A stretch of DNA of 39,557 nucleotides, from the NCBI GenBank assembly GCA_040879605.1, contig JBBDKB010000007.1, positions 1 through 39,557 of the forward strand, in the 5' to 3' direction. Made by a program: the position numbers and the translations under genes. Positions within the stretch are counted from its first letter, which is position 1, and the number at the start of each line of letters is the position of its first letter. The notes beneath the pieces were generated by a model. That model did not search any database and was not told the DNA's origin. It saw only the letters and a program-made list of their open reading frames with translations. The stretch comes from Minisyncoccota bacterium. GTDB lineage: Bacteria > Patescibacteriota > Minisyncoccia > Phycocordibacterales > JBBDKB01. Below are positions 33,947 to 39,557 of this stretch, in pieces.

Positions 33947-34912
33947 TCAAAAGCCAAGTAGTTTAAGCACAAAGAAAACATAGAGCACAAGAAACATAAA
34001 TCCCTCCCAGCGATTCAGCCGTCCTGCAATACCAGAGATAAGAAAAATAAATGATGCCACCGCAAGTATTGGAACACCGATGAAGAGTGTCATGCTGTCC
34101 AAGAAAAGCGGTGTTACCATTGCAGGAACGCCAACTGCAAGTAAAATGTTGAATGCATTTGAGCCAAAGATATTTCCAATCGCGAGCTCTGGACGCTTGT
34201 CAAAAAGTGCCCGAAGAGAGACGAAAAGCTCCGGAAACGAGGTACCGAGAGCAAGCGCAGTGAGCGAAATAAGAGCAGGGCTAATTTCAAAAATACTCGC
34301 AATCTCAAGCAAGGAATCAACGAGAAACTTCGCGCCAAGAAATACTCCCGCGAGACCGAGTGTGAAGATGCCCACAGCTTTTGGAGAAGGTATCGCTTTT
34401 CCTTTTTTCGTCTCTTTCTTTGCTTCTTCACCGAGCTCTTTTCCGACAGTGCTCACCCCTCCCTTCCCGGCAAGCGAGTAGAGAAGATAAATGACAAATG
34501 CGGCAACGAGCAGAATCGCTTCGATAAAGCTCACCTCCCCGTCAAAGACAACACCCAAGAAAAGCGCGGTGGAAACCACAAAAAGCGGGAGCTCGGAAGA
34601 GCGCAAACTTTTGGTAATTTCGATCCGCTTCCCCACGACGGCCAAAATACCTCCAACAAGAAGTATGTTGGTGATGTTTGAACCGATTGCGTTTGCGGTG
34701 ACCACCTCCGTTACCCCCTTCGCGACAGCGGCAACCGCAGAAGCAAGCTCTGGGAGGGATGTGCCAACACCGACAATCAAGACACCGATGACAAATGGTG
34801 GCAGACCGAAGGCAAGCCCAATTTTTTCTGCCCCGCGGATGAGCAAACTCGATCCGCGCAAGAGCACAATAAAAGAAACGACAAATATCAGAATCCAAAA
34901 CGAAAGCTCCAT
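33947..34912 (-). CDS. CaCA-family Na+/Ca2+ exchanger (YrbG-like)
   Basis: Two alpha-repeat motifs, 'GTSLPELASAV...ANAIGSNITNILLVGG' and 'GTSFPELFVSL...GNIFGSNAFNILL', with about 10 TMs. ATG 34912 (MELSFWIL) chosen. Confidence 0.88.
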   Translation of the reverse strand: MELSFWILIFVVSFIVLLRGSSLLIRGAEKIGLAFGLPPFVIGVLIVGVGTSLPELASAVAAVAKGVTEVVTANAIGSNITNILLVGGILAVVGKRIEITKSLRSSELPLFVVSTALFLGVVFDGEVSFIEAILLVAAFVIYLLYSLAGKGGVSTVGKELGEEAKKETKKGKAIPSPKAVGIFTLGLAGVFLGAKFLVDSLLEIASIFEISPALISLTALALGTSFPELFVSLRALFDKRPELAIGNIFGSNAFNILLAVGVPAMVTPLFLDSMTLFIGVPILAVASFIFLISGIAGRLNRWEGFMFLVLYVFFVLKLLGF

Positions 34913-35032
34913 TATTTTAAGTATACCCTCGCACCTTTTCGTAGAAAAGGTGCGGAAATGCAAAAGTGCACATATCCACGTGCGGTTTGTGCACCTTGCT
35001 TGTAGCGTATGCTATTCTTAAAGCAACGCCAT

Positions 35033-35548
35033 ATGAAGAAACGCATACAAAAGGCTTTGATGACACCACGAGATTATCGCACCTCAACAAAAGTTGGGGT
35101 TGTACTTTTGCGCATTTCCCTTGGATGGATGATGTTCTATGCGGGAATTACAAAAGTACTCGACCCCGCATGGTCTGCCGCGGGATTCCTTGAAAATGCT
35201 GCATTTTTCCAGAGTTTTTTTGCATGGTTTGCACAGCCCGAGATACTCCCGCTTACCAACACGTTAAATGCGTGGGGGTTGATGTTGATTGGCGTAGCGC
35301 TCCTTTTGGGACTCTTCGTGCGGATAAGCTCACTTTTTGCAATTTTTTTAATGGTCCTTTACTATCTTCCTGTGCTTCCTGCCTCCACCGGGGGATACAC
35401 TCTTTTCGTGGATAATCATGTCATCTATGCCGCGGGGTTCCTTCTTCTTGCGGGAATTAGTGCCGGCAGATTTGCCGGCTTTGATGTGCTTTTGCGAAAA
35501 CATCCGTTTGTCGCATACAATCCCTTGCTTCGTAGTTTGATCGGGTAG
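35033..35548 (+). CDS. DoxX/DoxD-like membrane protein
   Basis: 'LLRISLGWMMFYAGITKVLDPAWSAAGFL' plus three further TMs. Confidence 0.7.
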   Translation: MKKRIQKALMTPRDYRTSTKVGVVLLRISLGWMMFYAGITKVLDPAWSAAGFLENAAFFQSFFAWFAQPEILPLTNTLNAWGLMLIGVALLLGLFVRISSLFAIFLMVLYYLPVLPASTGGYTLFVDNHVIYAAGFLLLAGISAGRFAGFDVLLRKHPFVAYNPLLRSLIG

Positions 35549-35619
35549 TCGCGGACTGACGCAGAACGTATGCGGAAGACAATCTCCCGCGCTCTCTTTG
35601 AGAGCGCGGGGCCTCATGT

Positions 35620-36498
35620 ATGAATGCTATACTGCTTTATATGCCTCGCCTCACACGCTTTATAATATACGGTGCGATATTCGTTGCCGGGTTTGTGCTT
35701 ATTTCGCTTTTCAATTTCTATCTTGTTACTCATCCGCAGAAAATTGAGCTTGCCATCACTCCCGAGGGGCTTTCTCTTCCTCAAGAAGAGGTGATTCTTG
35801 AGGCTGAAGACGGCACTTCAATTTCAGGTTGGCACATCCCTTCGCCAGAGGCACCAGAGCAAGCTTTGCTTCTTTTGCACGGCTACCCCGCGGAAAAAGA
35901 GGACATGCTTTTTCTTGCCCGTGATCTCTATCCCGACTTCTCCCTTCTCTTGATTGATTTTCGCTACTTTGGAGAAAGCGATGGCAATGCGAGTACACTT
36001 GGCGTAAAAGAGAGGCAAGACGTCCGCGCGGCAATTGATTTTCTCAGTGAGCGTTATGAATACATCGGCGTATTTGGCTACTCATATGGAGGTGCAATAG
36101 CACTCATGCATGCCGCGGAGGATACTCGAGTTGACGCTATCGCAAGCTACGGTGCCTTCTCTGATTTACGCACACTCGGGTATGAGACTTATAGGAACCT
36201 TTGGATTCTGAAGTACCCGATGATTGAACTCATGAATCTCTGGATGCGCGTTTTCCACGGCGCGTGGGCAAGCAGTGTCTCCCCTACTCACTCTGCGAAG
36301 TCAATTTCAAAGCCTGTCTTTATAGGCCATACCGAAGGCGACCCATTTGTCCCGGTCGGACACGCACATCGAATTCTCCACGCACTCACAGAGAGCGGTA
36401 ACCAACCGCAGACCTACATAGCAGACGGCAGCTCCCACATTGGTCTTCCACGAGACCTCGATGAGCACCTCCTTGAGTTTTTTAAAGGCAATATTTAA
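35620..36498 (+). CDS. Membrane-anchored alpha/beta hydrolase (S9/dienelactone-hydrolase-like)
   Basis: N-terminal TM, 'LLLHGYP', nucleophile elbow 'FGYSYGG', a later 'GD' and C-terminal 'SSH' consistent with a Ser-Asp-His triad. Confidence 0.8.
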   Translation: MNAILLYMPRLTRFIIYGAIFVAGFVLISLFNFYLVTHPQKIELAITPEGLSLPQEEVILEAEDGTSISGWHIPSPEAPEQALLLLHGYPAEKEDMLFLARDLYPDFSLLLIDFRYFGESDGNASTLGVKERQDVRAAIDFLSERYEYIGVFGYSYGGAIALMHAAEDTRVDAIASYGAFSDLRTLGYETYRNLWILKYPMIELMNLWMRVFHGAWASSVSPTHSAKSISKPVFIGHTEGDPFVPVGHAHRILHALTESGNQPQTYIADGSSHIGLPRDLDEHLLEFFKGNI

Positions 36499-36527
36499 AA
36501 AACACTAATACTCGCATATTCGAGTTT

Positions 36528-36572
36528 GGTTCGATGCATCGAACCATTTCATACGATATATCGTATGAAATG
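36528..36572. repeat. Two abutting perfect palindromes (18 nt GGTTCGATGCATCGAACC; 28 nt CATTTCATACGATATATCGTATGAAATG) between convergent genes
   Basis: Read directly. The second shares the TACGATATATCGTA core with 4632-4667. Confidence 0.7.
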
Positions 36573-36615
36573 AGAAAGTAGCTTCTTATTAAAAATTCTT
36601 CCTCCCCAACGAAGG

Positions 36616-36981
36616 TTAACCCTTCGTTGGGGAGTCTTTGGCCTCTATAAGATGAAGATGGAAATGCTTAGGAATACTTTTCTTTTTCTGTGTTGGCTCA
36701 AAAATAAATTCGTAATTTGTATTGATAAATCCTGCTTTAAGTGCCTGATACTCCTCTAATTCCTCTGCGGGCAGTTCCTGCTCGGTAACATGCCGTTTGG
36801 GCGCAAGCATATCATGTACCTTTGCGATTTTGTTATAGGGAAACGTATTAGGAAGCACTTTCCAATATGTAAACTCCTTTACTCCTTTCTCTCTGCAAAA
36901 CAGACACTCACCATCAAGACCACCGGTCTTCTGGTATTCCAAGTAACGCTGTTCATCTTCTATTGTCCTCAAACTCCCCAT
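36616..36981 (-). CDS. HIT-family (histidine triad) nucleotide hydrolase/transferase-like protein
   Basis: 'CLFC' near the N-terminus and C-terminal 'KHFHLHLIE' (H-phi-H-phi-H-phi-phi triad). 121 aa. Confidence 0.7.
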   Translation of the reverse strand: MGSLRTIEDEQRYLEYQKTGGLDGECLFCREKGVKEFTYWKVLPNTFPYNKIAKVHDMLAPKRHVTEQELPAEELEEYQALKAGFINTNYEFIFEPTQKKKSIPKHFHLHLIEAKDSPTKG

Positions 36982-37056
36982 AAGTGGTCTTGCAATTAGG
37001 CCCTCGTAAAAAAGCTACATTCTTACTATAACAAAACCCAGTGGGAACTCTAACCC

Positions 37057-37080
37057 AATACGCCAGGCGCCTGGCGTATT
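37057..37080. repeat. 24-nt perfect GC-rich palindrome AATACGCCAGGC|GCCTGGCGTATT
   Basis: Read directly. It lies at the left border of the G+C-rich island. Confidence 0.7.
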
Positions 37081-37132
37081 TGGTGTTGTGACCCACAACG
37101 GGAGACGCTTCGAACTTTGATTGTGGATTTGT

Positions 37133-37171
37133 ATGAAAAAGAAACGACCCGGCGGGGGTGAACCCGTCGGG
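37133..37171 (-). terminator. Intrinsic terminator of the tautomerase-like gene
   Basis: Minus strand: CCCGACGGG-TTCACC-CCCGCCGGG (one G.U) followed by TCGTTTCTTTTT. Confidence 0.65.
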
Positions 37172-37202
37172 CCAGGTCGTATTGAAGCCGGTGTCACGAT
37201 CT

Positions 37203-37592
37203 TCACGCGTGAGTTGTTCCGGTCCCCACTGTCATATCTGGACCCCGCTTCGAGACAGCGAAGCCCTGCTCCGGATTGAGTGGCGTGACCGTGCACCCGA
37301 TCACGTTCGTATCCGGGAAGTGCTCCCGAGTCACCTGGCAGAGAGCCTCGGCAAGACGCTGCCTGACTTCGGGAGTCCGCTCCGGCTTCTCGAAGAGGCT
37401 GAAGACCTCGATCTCGATCACCGAACCGAGACCATAGACCATCATGTCCTTTGGGAAGAGGCACACGACATCGTCCTCGGTCTCGACACCGATCTCGCTG
37501 ATGTCGGCGATCGCGGCGACGATGCCTTGATGATACTCCCTGAGCTCGTCCTGGCTGACTTTTGGTAGACAGGACACTCGAACGACGGGCAT
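37203..37592 (-). CDS. Tautomerase-superfamily-like small protein (DUF1904-like, N-terminal Met-Pro)
   Basis: ATG 37592 preceded by GGGAGGG at 6 nt. 'MPVVRVSCLPKVSQDEL...' has Pro1 and two beta-alpha-beta-like halves ('IEIEVFSLFEKPERTPEVRQRLAEAL'). The gene is much more G+C-rich than its surroundings. The overlapping 216-aa and 136-aa ORFs look spurious. Confidence 0.55.
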   Translation of the reverse strand: MPVVRVSCLPKVSQDELREYHQGIVAAIADISEIGVETEDDVVCLFPKDMMVYGLGSVIEIEVFSLFEKPERTPEVRQRLAEALCQVTREHFPDTNVIGCTVTPLNPEQGFAVSKRGPDMTVGTGTTHA

Positions 37593-37700
37593 AGCTCGCC
37601 CTCCCTTTTTCTCCGGAGGCGTCCGGTAACGGCCGGCCAATTACGGCAAGCACTCTAGGAGCCATGCTTGGTGCCCAGAATGCTTGCCGTAGTCGAGAAT
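37593..37700 (-). promoter_or_regulatory. Structured 5' leader with an 11-bp closing stem and an SD/anti-SD alternative pairing
   Basis: Stem TACGGCAAGCA (37691-81) / TGCTTGCCGTA (37652-42) encloses a 28-nt loop. CCTCC (37619-15) can pair either within CCGGA/TCCGG or with the SD GGGAGGG (37605-37599). Confidence 0.4.
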
Positions 37701-38065
37701 TTGTAAGAGAACTAATTTAAGAGGATTAAATCACAATTTTGAAATTTGTCCAGGAACGAGGAAGGGTCGCCGATGCACAGATCGGCGACCCTATGAGCCT
37801 GGCGTGTTGGACTTGGGTGACCTCTACGGGACTCGGCGTCAGGCTACAAAGAGAGACAGGAGGAGTAGGGCGACAAAGACAAATAAACCAACTATATAGA
37901 TCGAGAAAGACGATACACGGATGTCAAAATATTTTTTTAAGTTGTGTTGTATAAACTCAACATCCGTGTTTACTTAATGGCTTCGTTGGAGTTAGTAGTT
38001 TTCAAAGTGGTTTGCGCTAACGCGCAAGCAAGTCTGTCTGTGCCTGTCTCGCCCTCCCAATACGC

Positions 38066-38090
38066 GCACAAAACACCCGCAACTGCGGGG
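38066..38090 (-). terminator. Intrinsic terminator after the decayed ITPase-like gene
   Basis: Minus strand: CCCGCAGTTGCGGG followed by TGTTTTGTG. Confidence 0.55.
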
Positions 38091-38107
38091 CTTTACCCGG
38101 AAATATA

Positions 38108-38549
38108 CTAAAAGACCTTTGTCTCTAAATATTCTTTAAGTTTAGCAAATGGTTTTACTTGAGTATAAGTTTTTTGGTCATCTTCTTCGCTAAGCGAAGC
38201 TCGGGTCACAGAATATCCCTATGGAATGAAAATTTTGTCCCAACCAAATCTATTCTCACCGAAAGGTGTCTCGACTATCTTTCCATCTAAACTATCTTCA
38301 AATAACTCCAAGTTTTCACCATCAAAATATCCGACAAGCGCTGCAAACCCTAATGCAACATCCTCTACAATTACAGGCTTTCTTATTAGTTCGTATGCCT
38401 GACGTACTTTATGCTCAACTATCTCTTTGAGGTTAAGTGACTGAATTTCATCCAAACCAAGTTTTACATGATCAACAGGATGGTCTAGATATTTTGCAGG
38501 GTAGTCAGCTTTGTTTTGATGGCCTATTATAAACAGTAATATTTGCCAT
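38108..38549 (-). pseudogene. Decayed ITPase / HAM1-family (non-canonical purine NTP pyrophosphatase) gene
   Basis: Eukaryote/archaeal-type ITPA motifs occur in order: 'IIGHQNK', 'LDEIQ', 'PVIVEDVALGFAAL', 'FGWDKIFIP', then in-frame TAG (38219-21), then 'GYSVT..SLSEEDDQK'. There is an N-terminal frameshift after ATG 38549 and ~40 residues are missing between 'FAAL' and 'GYFDGEN'. Confidence 0.6.
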
Positions 38550-38554
38550 AATGT

Positions 38555-39050
38555 TTAATCTTTAATGAGTCTCTTATTAGAACCATTATCAACGAGAAAT
38601 TCATAAGCACACCACACGTCATCAGGTATCTCTTGCTTGATTTGAAGCCCTTTAACAGGGTATTCTTTAATTCGCTGTAAGTCGCCAACCATGGAATAAA
38701 GCAGTGTTCGTCTTGACTATTTGATTCGTTCGGATACTCGATCGCTGGAATAGGTGGTGAGGTGACGATCAATTCAACATCACTCGGTAGATGTACTTTT
38801 CCAGTCGCATAAGTTCAGCGTTCCATGTACGGTTTTAAACAGCAATTATTGTTTTGTGATTTATAGCCTTCTGCTTTAACAGTTCAAGAGCAAACTTATA
38901 ATTATCGCCAGTATTTTGTGATTTATTTTCTATAAGAATTGCCCCATCTGGCACGCCTTTTTCTCTTGCTATATCGGCAAACACTTCCGCTTCGGTTGAA
39001 TGCACAAATCTCTCTTCCTAGCTTATGGTTGTGTATATCTCCAGAAAAGA
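38555..39050 (-). pseudogene. Decayed DUF218 (YdcF/ElyC-like) gene
   Basis: Family-like segments are spread over three frames: 'FFSGDIHNH', 'STEAEVFADIAREKGVPDGAILIENKSQNTGDNYKF', 'KPYMER*TYATGK' and 'MVGDLQRIKEYP...IPDDVWCAYEFLVDNG'. In-frame TAG (39018-20) and TGA, at least 3 frameshifts, and a truncated N-terminus. Confidence 0.55.
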
Positions 39051-39080
39051 AAAAGGTTCGCCACGTTCATGGCGAACCTT
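39041..39080 (-). terminator. Intrinsic terminator overlapping the stop of the right-edge gene
   Basis: AAGGTTCGCCA-N6-TGGCGAACCTT on the minus strand, followed by TTTTCTTTTCTGG. Confidence 0.7.
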
Positions 39081-39557
39081 CTGAGAGTGCACGTTGGAAA
39101 CAAACGAGTTGCGTTTTGAAGTTCTTAGTCCGATTGATCAGGTACTGCAAGATCGAGGTATCGTATCCGCCACTACCTACAGAACCTGCTGAACGAATTC
39201 TCATGTTCGCTTTTGCAACACTAAGATGTGGCCCTCGGAAGCGAATCAGCTGATCAGCAAGCTCTTGGAGAGCTGTAATGCTATTGAGGGCGACTGTCCT
39301 CGCTGTTGTGGGCATACCGCGATTTATTTGAGTTTGTATGTTCTTCAAAATCGACGGCCGACCCATAATCACTTCAACTTTACTGCGGTACGAACGCGGT
39401 AGATAACGAAGGTTTTCATTGCGATAACCAACGTATATCCGGTCCACTTCTTCAACCCCCCACAAGAGTAAGTCGACCATAGTCACCGGCATTTGAGCAC
39501 CTCCAGCGGCAAAGTAGGTCTGACCGCGAATAGTTTTAGGGTCGAAGAACGGTCGCA
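39067..39557 (-). CDS. 3' part of an unidentified gene running off the right edge
   Basis: The frame is open from the window edge (…RPFFDPKTIRGQTYFAAGGAQMPVTMVDLLLWGVEEVDRIYVGYRNENLRYL…) to TGA 39067-69. Composition is protein-like, no confident family. Confidence 0.5.
   Translation of the reverse strand, partial: RPFFDPKTIRGQTYFAAGGAQMPVTMVDLLLWGVEEVDRIYVGYRNENLRYLPRSYRSKVEVIMGRPSILKNIQTQINRGMPTTARTVALNSITALQELADQLIRFRGPHLSVAKANMRIRSAGSVGSGGYDTSILQYLINRTKNFKTQLVCFQRALSEGSP

Noticed and set aside
36528-36545. GGTTCGA string as a tRNA T-arm.
   Set aside because: It is half of an 18-nt perfect palindrome (GGTTCGATGCATCGAACC). No acceptor, D or anticodon arms surround it. No tRNA-like cloverleaf was found anywhere in the window.
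37613-37630. Guanidine-type riboswitch, because of the ACCGGACG string in the tautomerase leader.
   Set aside because: Only a 7-8-nt resemblance. There are no paired ACGR tetraloop hairpins (guanidine-II) and no ykkC-III pseudoknot context. The downstream gene is not a typical guanidine-response gene.
37015-37665. 216-aa minus-strand ORF and 136-aa plus-strand ORF covering the G+C-rich island.
   Set aside because: Their Arg/Gly/Pro/Ser-rich low-complexity translations are typical of off-frame reading of high-GC DNA. The 129-aa Met-Pro frame has an SD, a terminator and fold-like sequence.
38108-39050. C-to-T hypermutation (deaminase-like) as the cause of the nonsense codons in the two pseudogenes.
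   Set aside because: On re-reading, one supposed CAA>TAA change is actually a frameshift. Only one stop (CGA>TGA in 'MER*TY') clearly fits C>T. That is too few events to claim a mutational signature.

Overview
The window reads as a compact, mostly housekeeping stretch of a small-genome bacterium. The gene style (archaeal-type AspRS, many small membrane-anchored proteins, few Shine-Dalgarno sites, -10 boxes abutting start codons) suggests a Patescibacteria/CPR-like organism, but this is inference only. The genetic code is standard: TGA, TAA and TAG each terminate well-conserved genes.

Core content:
- Four aminoacyl-tRNA synthetases: trpS, aspS, gltX, cysS.
- scpA-scpB and a D,D-carboxypeptidase.
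- The cell-wall block mraY-ftsW-murG and an M23 peptidase.
- rpmA, rplI and rplU.
- An S41 protease, corA, dnaB-recR and rmuC.
- A P-type ATPase, a CaCA antiporter, two DoxX proteins, a LOG-family protein and a DEDDh exonuclease.

Observations not explained by ordinary gene annotation:
1. A family of ~115-140-bp elements with terminal inverted repeats (TIRs) and 4-5-bp target duplications, inserted exactly at ATGA start or stop junctions. It occurs as a tandem pair at rplI, once at the LOG gene, and as a diverged copy between ftsW and murG.
2. Two ORF-free, G+C-richer, hairpin-dense loci at 15.5-16.07 kb and 27.34-27.82 kb. The second has its own near-consensus promoter, an intrinsic terminator and a pseudoknot. 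One of the two may be RNase P RNA, but neither could be assigned by eye.
3. An ArsR-like gene bracketed by two copies of the same long perfect palindrome. It is divergent from a strongly promoted operon of three small proteins of unknown function.
4. A G+C-rich island carrying a tautomerase-like gene, with a leader built like a riboswitch or SD sequestrator.
5. Next to that island, two decayed genes (ITPase-like and DUF218-like) and a truncated unknown gene at the right edge.
6. Palindromic divergent promoter regions and leaderless-looking starts.

No CRISPR array, tRNA, rRNA, transposase or recognisable defence gene was seen.
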